A stretch of 64,000 nucleotides of DNA, from contig NC_058368.1 in assembly GCF_018350175.1 (NCBI RefSeq), positions 147,376,001 through 147,440,000 of the forward strand, written 5' to 3'. The position numbers were made by a program, and so were the translations under genes. Source of the DNA: Felis catus (taxonomy: Eukaryota). Numbering within the stretch: position 1 is the stretch's first letter; each line of letters starts with the position of its first letter. The notes below the pieces were generated by a model. The model ran no database searches. It saw only the letters and a list, made by a program, of their open reading frames with translations, and was not told the DNA's origin. Of this stretch, positions 49,456 through 63,420 are shown piece after piece.

Positions 49456-51363
49456 AAAAGAGGAAAGACAAGTAAAAAAAAACTGTAATGAAACTTATTT
49501 TTTATTTAAACATGTAATCAATATAAAAATTCATGAGATATTTCATGGGTTTTTTTGTACTGTCTTTGAAATGTAGTATGTGTTTTACACTCACAACATA
49601 TATCAATTAGGACTAGCCACATTTCAAATAATCAATAGCTATGTTATGACCAAACAATACTACATCAGACAGTACAGTAACAGCCTTTTTCAACTAGAGC
49701 ATACCCTCCATTTTATCCTTTAAACAAGCTCTTTGGGGTAATAAAAGGTTATTCATAGGTCAGCAAGGACAGGGGGTTCTGGGAAACTGTGTAACTCTTA
49801 TTAGTGCCATTTGAACATTTGTTATCTATTTTGACTCTGCTCAAAATTGAGACAATAAATTTGCAGTATCATTCTTGTTTTGCAATATTATCTGATCCAA
49901 AAATCTATCTACAATCTTTGGCATTATTTTAAGACCTCTTGTTAACAAACACTGTGTTCTGGCCCTAGAACTAATCAGCTGCATGAACTTGAGCAACCCA
50001 GGCTGCTTCTTTTCATCTCTGTAGGAAATATATAGTGCAGGAAATCAATGAAGTAGGCTTTCATTCCTAAAATCCTGTCAAGGGTGTATGTATTTATTTG
50101 TATATTTATTTTTCACTATGTCCTATATCTTATGATTGGTTAGTAAACAATCAACAATATACAGGTTTAGGAAGTTGTGTTAATCAGAGAGTGTTGTTAA
50201 AATGAATACTAATTTTATCAGTTATCTTGTCTATTTTCTTCTCTTAAAAATCTTTGCTTCCTTGCAAAACTTTGTAAATCTGGGCATGTGCATAATAAAT
50301 ACTTGTGCAATAAAGACCTTGTAGATGGATCACTTCTGACTCTAGTGAAGACCAAATGAAATAATGTCAACTAAAAAAAGTAGGTGTATAGTAAAAGCTA
50401 AAATCTCAACTAATCTTCCACGTGGCCTCACTGGGAAGATGGGGCAGATACTAATCTTGAATAGAAAGAATGCAAAATGATATTGCGTACTAAGCCATAT
50501 CAGGGCCTTTTACCCTTTGCATGCTGACAATGCTTGGACACTAAGAAGGGAAGAAAGTACGTCTCTAACTTCCAGTGATTCAGCAAAAATTAATTTTTTG
50601 AAAGTTCAGTAACCAATGACAGTTAAATAACTGTCATACATAAAGGCAGTTTTAAGAGTAAAGTTAATTTTATATTTTCTTAGGCTTATATGTGTTGCAG
50701 TTCCCCAAATATGTATAACTGAAATATATTCAAGACCTATGTTAGTAGAGAATTCCATTTTATATCTTACATAATTTTTATATCTTAACAATTTTTTTCA
50801 TTCCTTTATGGGATTTTTTTATATCACTGTACTACCTCTAGGTTCACGTTTTCCTCATATTTTTTAAGTACCTCATTAAAAAGCACCTATCAAATTCTGT
50901 TAAAATGATACTCTGGATATAGATCCTTGTATGCAAAAAAAAATCTTCCAAATATGAGCAGATGGCCCATTTATCACTAGCAATATTAAACATAACAGTA
51001 TTTTAGTACTGTGAAATTATATAGACTTTAAAGGATAAATTTTTAACAAAGTTGCAGAAGTGTTACAATGTATAATTTCACATCAAAGTTCAGAAAAAGG
51101 AACTCGAGAGAAAATTGTAAGCCAGTTGACCACCATTGTTAAGTCTTTTAAGTGAAGTGATAAACATTTTTAAACACACTGTTCTCTAAATGAGTTTTTA
51201 ATTCAGATGAATTCACTCTATGCATGTTTTAACAATCTTAACCAGTCACATAAAAAGCCACATAAAAATAATATTATTCCCAGAATTCAGGATGCCAATA
51301 CAAGAATGGTGACAGGAGGGAATGGCTGGGATTATGTAAATGAGAGAGATGATCTTGCATCAA

Positions 51364-51872
51364 TGTATTAGCTTTCTCCTGCCGCTGTAACAAATCACCA
51401 CAAATTAAATGACTTGAGACTCAGTACATAAATGTATCACCTTACAGTCTGGAAGACAGAAATATGCATGGGCCTCATGGACTAAAATCAAGGTGTCACC
51501 AGGACTACACCCCTTCTGAAGGTTCTAGGGGAGAATCTGTTATCTTGCCTTTCCCAGCTGCTACAGGTGCCCACATTCCACATTCCTTGACTCATGCTGT
51601 CCCTTCCATCTTCAAAGCCAGTAATGTCCAATTGAATCTTTTTCACAATCATCACTCTGACTCTGCCTCAGTCATCACCTATCCTTCTCAGAACTTCCTG
51701 CCTCCCTCATGCTCTTTAGGGATGCTGTGACTACCTTGAGTCCACTGGATAATCTAGGATAATCTCCCCATCTCAAGATCCTTAACTTAATCACATTTGC
51801 CAAGTTTGTGTTTCACAGATTCAAGGAATTAGGACCTGGACATCTTCGGGTGACTATTTTCTTCCTACCACA
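51364..51872 (-). mobile_element. MaLR solo LTR (MLT1C/D-like)
   Basis: tgtattag...gctgtaacaaatcaccacaaa...ggggagaatc...atctcaagatccttaacttaatcacat...cctaccaca. Confidence 0.85.
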
Positions 51873-54800
51873 TTAGATAACTATAGTGATATCATTTCCT
51901 CTCTTATACAATCTTAGATCTAACCAAGCATCATGCTCATTTTCTTCTAGTCATTATATCATTGATTCAGGGGTTGACTCTAATAAATATCATGTTTGGC
52001 TTTTCAGGCATTGATAGAACAATCTTTCTGATGTCTGGTTCTACTTTTAGTTGTAGCCTCCACCTACTCCATCCCAAACTCCCAGGTTCTTATCTTTCTG
52101 TGAATAAAATGGAAGCAAAGAGTCAATAGAAACATTGGTAGAGTGTTGGCCCATTTCTTTCTCTCCAGAGCTGCAGAATCAGCGGTGGTAGCCATGAGGA
52201 AGCAGGATTCACATAGAAAACCCAGACTAACCACAAGAATCCTCCACACAGCCAAGGAACATTCTGCACAAGCAATAATTAGCTCTAGTATACCCTGGAA
52301 CCTCGTAATTTTGGGGTTTAGAGGACAATTCCAGTGCACACATTACAAATGGAAATTGCATTCTCGAAACACACCCGGTCTTCTCTAACTATTTAATGTA
52401 CCTTCTCTTCTGAGACCCGGTGTGGGTCAGTGTTTTCAAATCATATGTAAGCCATAAAACCACAGAAAAGTGTTGTTAATAATTAGGAATATCTACAACA
52501 ATGTGATGTGATCAGGGATAGAGAAATTGCTCTGAGAGAACAAGACGTTCCCTTTTGAAATTGTTTTCACATATCATGTTATAATATATTGAAGAACTTA
52601 AATCATGGTAGTTTTGGTCATTTAAGGCTTTATATAATTTTTAGAAGAAGTAAAATATCACTCAGTATCAAGCCTAATAAACTAGTTAAAAATGAAGCTG
52701 AATAAACATATTTGGGATGGATGTTAACTCTGGAATAAAACAAGATCGCACTCATTTTTATCCTGTGGTGTTAACAGTTCCTAAAGGAGTTTTAAGGTAT
52801 CTTAACAATCATGTTATCATTTGGAAAAAAGGAATAAACTTGCTTGGGCAATTATTGTGAAGGACAACACTCATGTAGGTACACGATTTGGCTCTATTAA
52901 TTAAAAGATGCTATTTTTAATATTATTGCTGTTCTGCCCCATACAAATTAACATTTACATTTTATATTTCGTAGTTTCAGTTTGAGATAACTTAAATATG
53001 AAGAAAAAATTTTTAATTAACCATTTGATTGATTAAAACATTATCAGGCCCATATACCTTTATAACATTATCATAAAATGTGCAAAGCAGCCATTCTCAA
53101 CACAGTAAATGTCCTCTTTAGTCGCCAACTTTTGCCCAAAATTTGATCAGATAAGCTTATAATTAGTTAAATGATTTATTATTACTCATTGTCATCATTA
53201 AATGTAAAAGTATAAATTGCATTTCTAAAATACGAAATTTTGTTTCTGAAATAAAAACCAAAACCAATACTTAAATTCCAACATTAAGGCCCTCTAGTTA
53301 CATGGTTAATGCATCCTGAGATTGCAATTTTAAACACATTGGGAATCCTGTAAGAACTTGGAAATCTGAAAAATAAAATTGTCAGTTGATGAGTAAATGA
53401 TAAAATCCTAACAGCTAGAAAAAACTGAGTTTTCAGGAGTTGACTTTTCAGCAAGAGTTGACTTGGAATTAAGGGAACTTATTGCCATATCCAGAAAAAG
53501 AATATGTTAGTCAGACATGCTTTGGTAGATAAACAAGGTGGGGGGAAAGAGGTTATTCAGCAGTTTAAACACACAAAACCAAGAGGTGGGGCTAAGCTTG
53601 CACTGCCCATCCAAGCACTGACCACTGGGCAGAAAAATGGAGGCTCTAACACAGGCTATAAAACAAGTGTGTCCCTGTTGTGGTCAGCAGACCATTTGAG
53701 CCTCCAACCACTAGACATTCAAGTTGTTCAACTAACTCCTCTCTTTTACTTCCATGATCAACAAAGGGTGAATAAGTTGACCAGAAGTTTCATGTGTCTT
53801 TTTGCAACTTCAGTGATTATAATTACCAATATGGAATTTAAAATTCATATTCTCATATAATAAACTTCCAAACTATATATCCCTGGTAGTTGGCACCTAG
53901 GAGATGAACATATTCTCAGTGCACTGACCAACGCATGTTTCTAGAACTTGGAACTATTACTGTCATGTAAGCCTAAATGACTAGCAAGTGGGAGCACCTC
54001 AAGGCCAATAGATCAGGGAGGGGGGGTAAAGATTCAGAAGAGAGCAGTTAATGTAAGGGGCAAAATGATATAAGCTGAATAGAGAAGTAGAAAAGGTAAG
54101 AAGAGGGTTAGTGGAGGGGAAAAAAAGAGAGCTTGTATGAGGCCAAAGGACAGGTGTTGCAGGGATAACCAAGTAATTCAAAATCCAATTACTTTCCAAC
54201 AGTTTGGACCTTACAGAAATTTGTGAGAAAGTATAGAACAACTATTTGTACAGCCTTCCCTGGATTCAATTAATTCAGTTCAGAACCCAGCTAATTTACT
54301 TAAAGACTGAAGTTTGACAAATTAAAGGCCAAGGTGTTTGAAACCTGGGAATAAATTCACGGCCCAAAAACATCTCAATATAAAGTAAGTAGATTAATTG
54401 AATGCCCTTTATCAGTCATCTCCTATTAGATTAGTAAGAAAGGAGTAAGTAATGCCATCACTTGCCTAGGTTATAACCTCCAGAATAGTAATTATCTAAA
54501 TGAGAACCTGAGTAAATACTGAAAGGAAAAGAGATCTAAGTAAATTTCAAAGTAGAACTTGGTACAGATTTAAGAAATCTTATCACAGATTGGCATGGCA
54601 AAAAATGGCCCTTTAGAAGATTTTTATTTCATTTTATTGTAATCATATGTGACATATATAAATCATGGGAGGAGACAGTGAATACAAATATACTGCTAAT
54701 AATGGCCTCTTAAGAAGAATGCAATTTCTTTTCCAATAACCCAATTTAGTGTTTAATTATTATATAAAACATTGAAAAAAACTTACTTGGGGAGTGACTT

Positions 54801-55129
54801 ATAGGCAAAATTCCTCTAGGAATACTTTCTTTTTAATCCTAAGATGTTCTATGCACCACATTAACATGTTAAATATTTCTTAATGTGCTGGAAAGGTGCC
54901 AGCAATGAGTAGCTCAAAAGCATGCATGTTTCCTCTCAGTATAGCTTAGGTCCACTTTCCTGAATCAATTCCACAAAACGAGTAGAAAAGATAGACAATT
55001 GATGGTTTTGCTTAACCTGTTTAAAAGAAAATTTCATTAGTTTGGATTTGGTTCAGGTGTGAACCAAGGTGAACTTCAGTCAGAGCAAAAGCTTTCTGGT
55101 AATAACGCCCTTCTGGGACAAGGTCATGA

Positions 55130-55130
<1 letters not shown>

Positions 55131-55169
<39 letters not shown>
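55131..55169. repeat. (CA)n microsatellite
   Basis: Seen directly. Confidence 0.98.
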
Positions 55170-55171
<2 letters not shown>

Positions 55172-56396
55172 TAAGCTTCTAAAGCAGATTAAGTCTCTGT
55201 ATAATGTCTTCCTGCCTTATGAACCCGACTGTTCTGTAAAAAGCTAAGAATAACTATAACTACCGATATCTTTATAAATAGAAGAGGCACTTATCTATCC
55301 AAGGTAGCTAAAGTGCACTCTTCATTTCTCAGAGAGTAAAGTGATTTGTAGGTATTCTAAACTGATTCCATTAAGCACTTCCCAATATTTTCAAGGTCTT
55401 GTTATTTTAGCTTTTAACAGACCTGATGCTATGACTCTCAGATTATTTTTCTGGAAACTTGCAAAATTATATATTTATTTTAGTTTAAAAAACTTCGTTA
55501 TTTGAAGTGTTGATTTTTTTTCTAACAGTACTGTCATGGTATAAAAATATTAATAAGATGGTTTCCTGGGAACCTGTCTATCAAGTATATCTTAAGTGCA
55601 AAGTACTTTTGTAAGCACTGTGAAGCATGCTAAGGTGCTGAATGATCTCCACTCTATATTTAATTTCTGTTGAAAATAAAATAAAGCATGAGTAATGAAA
55701 TAATGTGAAAATGTTTTATATTTTATAAAACCCTACAAATGGAATTGGTACTACTGTTAAATATGGATTTATACAGATATATAAATGAAAAAATATAAGA
55801 TCTTATTTGGAAGATAAAATACTGTTAATATGGCCTTTCCCATCAAAATTATCTACAAATTTAATGCAATTTTAATCAAAATCCCTACAAGATTTTTTGA
55901 AGTAATTGACAAATTAATTCTAAAATCTATGCAAAAATATGAAAGATACCAAAGAAAATACATTTTGAAGAATTATATTACCTAAATTCAAATTTTAGTA
56001 TAAAGATAAATTAATCAACACTATGGTATTGGTGTAAAGACAGAGAAACAGATTAAACACATAGAATAGATAAATTAAAGCAAACAAGATATATCAAAAT
56101 TTCAAAGGTGAAAGCAGTATTCCCAACAAATGAAATAAGTGAATCTCCCTACAGAAAAAATAAACCTCAAGTTGTACTTAATTACAAAAAATAATTCAGA
56201 AAGGATCATAAACTCAAATGTAAAAACCAGTGATACAAGATTTCTAGAAGAAAAACTAAGACAATATATTTATGACATTGGGTTAGGCAAAGACTTTTAG
56301 GACATGAAAATCCCTCTAAAAGAAAAATACCAATAAAATACATATCATTAAAATTAGGAAGTACTCCATGGAAAGACATCGTTAAGAAACTGAATA

Positions 56397-56582
56397 CACC
56401 TGGGTGGCTCAGTTGGTTAAGCGGCTTACTTCTGCTTAGGTGATGATCTCGTGGTTCGTGAGTTAAAGCCCAGCATGGGGTTCTGCACTGATAGTGTGGA
56501 GCCTGCATGGGATTCTCTCTCTCTCCCTCTTTATCTGCCCACCCTGCCCCCCCCCACATACAAATAAACTTAAAAAAACAAA
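56397..56582 (+). mobile_element. CAN-SINE nested in L1M
   Basis: cacctgggtggctcagttggttaagc head; ctgaata at both flanks. Confidence 0.9.
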
Positions 56583-57234
56583 CCCTGAATATCAAGCCAC
56601 AGAGTAGGAAATATATTTGCAACACACAACTGGCAAAGTACACATATCCAGGATATATACAGAACCCTACAAATTAACCTTAAAATCCCCAAACAACAAC
56701 AAAAAAGAAATACTTGTAAAAGATTGGACACATCACAAAAGAAGAAATATAAATGGTCAATAAACTCATGATAGTGTCCTCAATACCCTTAATCATTGAA
56801 AACATTAGATAAAAATACAGTGAAATACCATTTCATTTCAACTAGAATAGCTACAATCAAAAGACTAATAGTGACAGAATTTGAGGATATGGAACAACCA
56901 GAACCCTCACACATAACTGTTGTGAGAACAAAAGTATTCAATCCCTTTGGAGATCTGTTGAGTAGTTTTTCAAGTTAACATGTATCTACCTATGACCCAG
57001 AAATTTCATTCCTAGGTATTTTATCCAAGAGAAATAAAATTATAGCTATTTAGAAGAAAAATTTGTAAGAGTGTTCAAATTGCCTTTATTCATTATGAAA
57101 GCTAAAAACCAGAAAGAATCCAATTTCTCATCAACTAAAGGGCAGATAAACAAATTGTGGTATATTTCTATGAAATACTATTCAGGAATAAAAAGAAATG
57201 CACTCATGATATGTGCAATAACAAAGATAAGCAC

Positions 57235-57238
<4 letters not shown>

Positions 57239-57281
<43 letters not shown>
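57239..57281. repeat. (CA)n microsatellite
   Basis: Seen directly. Confidence 0.98.
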
Positions 57282-57283
<2 letters not shown>

Positions 57284-57939
57284 CCATAACAATGGTATAA
57301 AGTCCAACAACAGACAAAATTAATCTATAATGATAGAAATCAAAAACACAGATGTTGGAGAGAGGAGGGGTAAGGATGGGATTTGACTTGAAACTTCATG
57401 GAAGAATATTCTAGGATTATGGAAATGTTCTATATCTTGTTTTAGGTAATGATTACATAGGTACACACAATTTTGAAAACTCATTGAACTACATAAACAC
57501 TTAAGATTGTGTGCATTATTTTGCATTTCAATAACGTCTCTAAAAATTTCTAGTACCATTTTGTCATTGTGATATATCAACGATTTACAGAAACCAAAAG
57601 AAGCAATATTGACCATTCCAACATAATAGTCTAATAACCCAAATTGAAAGTCATGAATACTCTGGTTACACAAATGCCTGTGTGCTGTCTCACAGCTCAA
57701 GTGTGAGTAGCATCCTATAATAACAAGCTTATACAGAATCCTAACAAATGAACTTAATGTAGAATACATATAAACCAACTTCCCAAATGAGCAATGATGC
57801 TAAAGGAACCAAGTTTTAATTATAAATATGTATTAATAGGTCTCCTGAAGCAGTTTCCACCTTAATTTGTGGATTTTCAGCTTTAGAAGCACATAACAAT
57901 AATATCTTTTTGTTTTACTGTATACCTTTGCCATTACTT

Positions 57940-58027
57940 AAAAAAAAAAGAAGAAAGAGAAAGAAAGAGAGAGAAAGAAAGAAAGAAAAAGGAAGAAAGA
58001 AAGAAAAGAAAAGAAAAAGAAAGAAAG
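57940..58027. repeat. Polypurine (GAAA/GA)n tract
   Basis: About 88 bp of A/G only. Confidence 0.95.
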
Positions 58028-59152
58028 TGTTTAGGTTCCTGGAGTGCAACCAAATTATTCATCAATTCATTTTGCTTTAATTTCCTTTTGTAGGAGTCAA
58101 GGAACCAATGAACCATCTGAATAAGCTCTAAATTGTTGAACTCAAAAGACTCAGTGTATTCCTACAATTTCTTGAATTAAAAAAAAAAAAATGGTTTGAC
58201 CCAGCTTCCAATTGCCTAAGTATATTTTTGTACTATTGAATGCTGTGGAGTAATGGTTTACATTTCTTGTATTGCCCAATGACCTAAACATTAAGTTTTC
58301 TATAATGCAGTTACATATGAAAATGCTTACTTTCAGACTGACATACCAACGTAAATGAGCCCCAGAATTCACTGTTAAAGTTTATATGCTCCAATTGCTT
58401 GGGCTTAGATTCTAGGCTTTGCTCATAGTAATTGCCTTCACAAACAATTAATCCTGGAAGAGTTCTTCATGCCTCTTATTATCCCAAAGTCAATTGACTT
58501 AATTTATAACATATTCCCAATTAAAGTTAAATCAGCAACCTGAAACATCCAATTCTAGATTGGTTTACTATGCAGCTAGTACCAATGATACCATTTTCTA
58601 TATTTCAAAGTACTTTTCAATTATGAGGAAGACAAAGCAAAATAAAGTACCCCTTTGGAAAGAATTAAGAAATGTTACTTCACATTGATCTATGCCACTT
58701 CCCTAAGAACAGACAGACATTTTTTTATCAGTAATTCTGCCTATATTTTTGTTTTAGTTCTAAATTTGACTTTCAAATACATTTCATTTTAAAGCAATCA
58801 CTATATGAAATCTGTTACTAACTAAAGATGTCATTTAATTTAGATATTTATTTTTCTAATTTACTTACATACTGTCTTTATTATTATAATAAAGTATTAT
58901 AAATTTATATTTACACATACATTTGCAGTTACCATGGGGAGAAATCTCAATAACACAATTGCATTTTGGTGTTAGAATCTAGGCTAATTGTTATATTGCG
59001 AGATATTATCAAGGCATTTTTAATTCAAAAATAAGTTATGACTCATATATAATTTTGAAACTCATTTTTTTAGAAACAAAACAAAGCATGATTCTCTAGA
59101 ATTAATTTTATAAAACTAGCTAAAATATTTTAAATAGTATCACTGCTACTAT

Positions 59153-59375
59153 TTTTTTTTTAATTTTTTTTCAACGTTTATTTATTTTTTGGGACAGAGA
59201 GAGACAGAGCATGAACGGGGGAGGGGCAGAGAGAGAGGGAGACACAGAATCGGAAACAGGCTCCAGGCTCTGAGCCTTCAGCCCAGAGCCTGACGCGGGG
59301 CTCGAACTCATGGACCGCGAGATCGTGACCTGGCTGAAGTCGGACGCTTAACTGACTGTGCCACCCAGGCGCCCC
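59153..59375 (-). mobile_element. Very young felid SINE (SINEC_Fc type)
   Basis: CpG-rich; 13-bp TSD tcactgctactat at 59140-59152 and 59376-59388. Confidence 0.98.
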
Positions 59376-60145
59376 TCACTGCTACTATATTTAAGTACAT
59401 TTGTATTAATTTCATTTTTGTGGACTGGCAGTGGGCCAAGAAGAAGCTGAAATTTGAGTTGTAGGAACACAGCAGGAGAGAAGATGACCCTGATTCCTTT
59501 AGAGGTGGCAATTTTCTCAGCAGGGTGAGAAAATGATTTAACTTTTAACTTTCTACATTTGCATGAATAAAAAAGAATTTTCTAAGCCAGCCATGCTAGG
59601 TGTCAGCTTAGGTTTGAAAAGAGCAGGTGAAATCACAGACATCTGGGGACATCAGATATGAATGTGCCCGTGTTAACATGTAAGAGCTGTCCAGTGTCTC
59701 ATCACCACTAATTAAGTTCTCACAATGCAGGACCTGCTTAAAAATCAGATATGTCATCATTTCTTTGTGTGCTTATTTATGTTCCTTTTCCATACAGGTA
59801 TAATCAAAAGTTTTCATAACATCTGGATATGTTCAGTAAAACACACAAAAACAAATGAGGGGGACAGCAACACTAGCTGATTTTATAAAGGTATAGAAAA
59901 CAAAGCAAGAATTTGGCTACCACCAAAACAGATGATTTATATGACAGTTTTCGGGTTCCAAAATCATTCCTTGTATATTGCTTCACTTTCATTTTGATCA
60001 TAAGGAAACTAGGGCTTAGAGATTGGAGTTTGCTGACAGTCATAAGGCAAGTACTTGTTAGAGCCAGGACTGTCTTTTGATACCAAACTAGTCCACACTG
60101 CTACTACAGATGAAGAATTGTACAAACCTATGTCTATATGAGATT

Positions 60146-60280
60146 GTGTATGTAACCAATAGGAGGATTCTAGTTCCATGACCTTCACCCTTTGGTGTTT
60201 TGCCTATTCAACATGCTAGATCATACGGCAAAAGGGACTTGGTAGATGCAATCAAGATTGCTAATCACCTGACCTTATCC
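60146..60280 (+). mobile_element. MaLR LTR fragment (MLT1E-like)
   Basis: ggcaaaagggacttggtagatgcaatcaagattgctaatcacctgacctta. Confidence 0.55.
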
Positions 60281-60631
60281 TGAATCTGCATATTATAATT
60301 GTTCTTTTGTGAAGACATGCATACAATACCCCCCAAAAGTGTTTTAAATTGTAACTTGATTTGGAAATAATCCTTAATGTGTTTGCCCAATAGATTTCAA
60401 CACTTTTAACCATGTAAATTTCATGTGGAATCCTGCTTGCTCTGGCAATCAGATGATTTTAGTTATAAACGTTGTTACTTTGAAAACAGGTACAAACAGA
60501 CCTGGCAATCTTCTATCCTAAATCATTAATGTCTATTTCTAAATTCATCTGAACCACCTGATTCATTCTATAGGAAGCCATATTAGTTCTACACTAATCC
60601 ATAAAACATATTTGTATATCTATACCTTATA

Positions 60632-60662
60632 TTTTTAAAAAAAAATTTTAATCTTTATTTAT

Positions 60663-60701
<39 letters not shown>

Positions 60702-60867
60702 ATGAGTAGGGGAGGAACAGAGAGAGAAGGAGACACAGAATCCGAAGCAGGATCCAGGCTCTGAGCTGTCAGCACAGAGCCCGACGTGGGGCTTGAACCC
60801 ACAAACTGTGAGATCATGACCTGAGCTGAAGTCTGACACCTAACCGACTGAGCCACCCAGGCACCCC
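60632..60867 (-). mobile_element. CAN-SINE with expanded (CT)n
   Basis: Reverse-complement full SINE; TSD accttatattt. Confidence 0.96.
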
Positions 60868-61382
60868 GCTAAACCTTATATTTAACCTAAATGTCTTAAA
60901 GGAAAGTTTTCTTCCCCACCCCCCTCCAGAAGTGAGGAAGTAGTAAAATTCAATTCTTTAAAATGCAAATGGAATTCTTTTATTTTAAAACCTTTGGGCC
61001 AACATAAACTTAATTTTTATCCATTTTTTGACATAAAATATTAAAATAAACTTGAACTGCTGAAAGGCAAGACACAGTGAAGAGTTTTCTGAATACTAAG
61101 TACTGACCACAGAGACCACAAGTCGTGAATAAGCAAATTACAAAAAACTTCCAAGCTGTCAACTGCCTTATATACCATATTTACAATTGAGACCTATAAA
61201 GCCAAATGTGAAGTAAAAACAACCTAAAATGTTTTAGAAGTTTCTATTATAGGTTATAAATCAGGACACAACTTACAGTCTATATTCAGAGTAGAGAGTC
61301 AGTGCCACTACGTGGGAAGAATATAAAGGAAGGAAAGACTTCCTAGTGGGGTAGGCGAAACTGAAGGATATTCTATTACAGA

Positions 61383-61751
61383 TGATACGGTAGACTATTT
61401 ATGTCCCCCTCCCCCAAATCCATATTTTGAAACCTAATCCACAATGTGATTGTATTTGGAGGTTGGGCCTTTGGGAGGTGATTGCGTCATGAGGGTAGAG
61501 GCCACATGAGTAACATTAGTGCCTTCACTGAAAATAAGTCTCAGAGTGCCCCTTCACTCTGTCAACCATATAAGGACACAGTGAAAGATGGCTGCCCATG
61601 ATCCAGGAAGCAGGCTCTCACCAGACACTGAATCTGCCAGCACACTGCTTTTGGATTTTCTAGCCTCCAGTACTGTGAGAAACAAATTTGTATTTTATAA
61701 TCCACCCAGTCTATGGTATTTTTCTTACATTAGCCCTAACAGACTAAGATA
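61383..61751 (+). mobile_element. MaLR solo LTR (MLT1A0-like), near full length
   Basis: gaaacctaatcc...ggcctttgggaggtgatt...caccagacactgaatctgcc...ccacccagtctatggtattt...gactaagata. Confidence 0.88.
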
Positions 61752-62634
61752 GTCAAATGCCCCAAAACACAATAATTTAAAATCAGAAACATAACCGAAA
61801 TATATGTAACAGAAATTGAAAAATTGCCAAGCTCTGTTGATTGGCCATTTTGTCAGATCAATCCAGGTTCCCATCCCCTCCTTCGGTATCCCATTCTCCG
61901 TTGGTATCCCAGGGTATCCAGTGTAACTGACCCCTTTATAGCAATAGCCAGAACAACAACTAAGAAAATAAAAAAAATACCTAATATTTATTGAAAGTTT
62001 ATATTGCCAGGATCTATAAGCATATTATATGGGTTGTATCTTTTAATCATTACAATGACCGTATTAGATTGTTCTTGCTTTATCCATACCCTACAGAGGA
62101 GGAAACAGGTTAGGTATGTAAACCTAGGTATGTAAAAGGCTTCAGAATTAGTCAAGAGTTTATCCAGGATCCAACTCCCAGTCTATCTGATTCCATTCTC
62201 TTATCACATTATATTAGTATGCCTGCAAATTATATTTCAGTTAAAAGACTGAAGTCTTCTTGATAAAAATAAAAACTAAAATAATAAATGAAAAAGATGA
62301 TTGACACTCAATTCATTTATCAATTACTTTTTGCCATAATTTGAGCCAAGCACTGTGCCTACAAAACTGGAAATACTAGTCCTCCTTTTCCTCCTCCCTA
62401 TCATCTCCATCCTGGCCAAAGACATTGTTCTAAGCACTTAACCTGTATTAAATCCTGACATTAACTCTCGGGGTAAGATTCTATTATCATCCCCATTTTA
62501 TTTTATTTTTTTCTATCCCCATTTTATTTATTTTTTGAAAACCAAGGTTAGTCAACTGTTGAAGTTGAAAATCCTGATTCCTGAGTCTGAAACCTTTATC
62601 TTTTTAATGTTTATTTTTTATACTTTGTAGATAT

Positions 62635-62657
62635 CACACACACACACACACACACAC

Positions 62658-62688
<31 letters not shown>

Positions 62689-62712
62689 ATATAATGTATA
62701 TGTATATATATG
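62635..62712. repeat. Compound (CA)n(TA)n microsatellite
   Basis: Seen directly. Confidence 0.95.
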
Positions 62713-62759
62713 TAATGTTTTATTTTATATAAATAACTTCATATTTTAATGCTATATAT

Positions 62760-63420
62760 AATATGTGCTAATAAATTAGAAAATATTCTTAAATTATACT
62801 ATTGTATCAGAATAGATAAATTTAACAGAAATGATAAATTATCAAAAATGGAAAAGGAATAACAAGTGCTCCATTCATTATGGAAGACCCTAGAAATAGT
62901 ATTCACAAAGTACCCAACAAACAGATAAGATTGCTTAGTAGGTGAGTTATTCCAAAACTTTAAGAAACAGAAAAACTCTTAAAGTACTCCAAAGAAGAGA
63001 AGCTTTCTAAATAATTCTACAAGTATAGCATTTCCCTAGTACCAAGCTTGATAAACATCGCTCAAAATGTCATTGATAAAAACAGATGTAAACATCCCAA
63101 GTAAAATATTAGAAACCATATTTTGCTGTATTTCTAATGACATGCAATGATTAATAACTAAAATCCATAATTCATAAGTAATTTAATAATTAAAAATACT
63201 GTCCCACTAATAAAGAAGCAGCCCAGTAAGTGTCTGAACTGATGCAAATACATCATAAATTTAGTGTATGATGAGTGCTTCATTTTCTAAGTTTTGGTAA
63301 GTTGTGTTGGGACACATAGCTAATCATCTGGTAGAAAAAGCAAAGAGCAATTCTTACACACTTAAATTTCTGCCAAAAGCAGAAATCATAAAGGAAAATA
63401 TGGTTATATTTTACAAAATA
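62760..63420 (+). mobile_element. Ancient L1M ORF2 relic
   Basis: gtgagttattccaaaactttaagaaacag; acagatgtaaacatcccaagtaaaatattag. Confidence 0.6.

Larger units (their letters stand above)
47966..49677. mobile_element. MER33 hAT-Charlie MITE split by two SINEs and one L1
   Basis: Fragments rejoin as caatagaaatataa / tagccacattaaa / acatgtaatcaatataaaaat...ggactagccacatttcaa...gacagtacag. Confidence 0.82.
55740..57545 (+). mobile_element. Ancient L1M (L1ME-like) ORF2 3' part plus 3'UTR, with nested SINE and (CA)n
   Basis: atctacaaatttaatgcaattttaatcaaaatccc; cctatgacccagaaatttcattcctaggtat; ggaaatgttctatatcttg. Confidence 0.8.

Noticed and set aside
52064..52388. Overlapping ORFs on both strands and an acceptor-like ttctttctctccag
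   Set aside because: No recognisable protein and no matching donor; could be an old LTR relic or chance
53504..53860. 118-aa ATG ORF
   Set aside because: No domain similarity I can recognise and no splice context; length is compatible with chance in 64 kb
59798..59890. Strong plus-strand acceptor (ttccttttccatacag) as a coding exon
   Set aside because: All frames hit stops before the weak downstream donor
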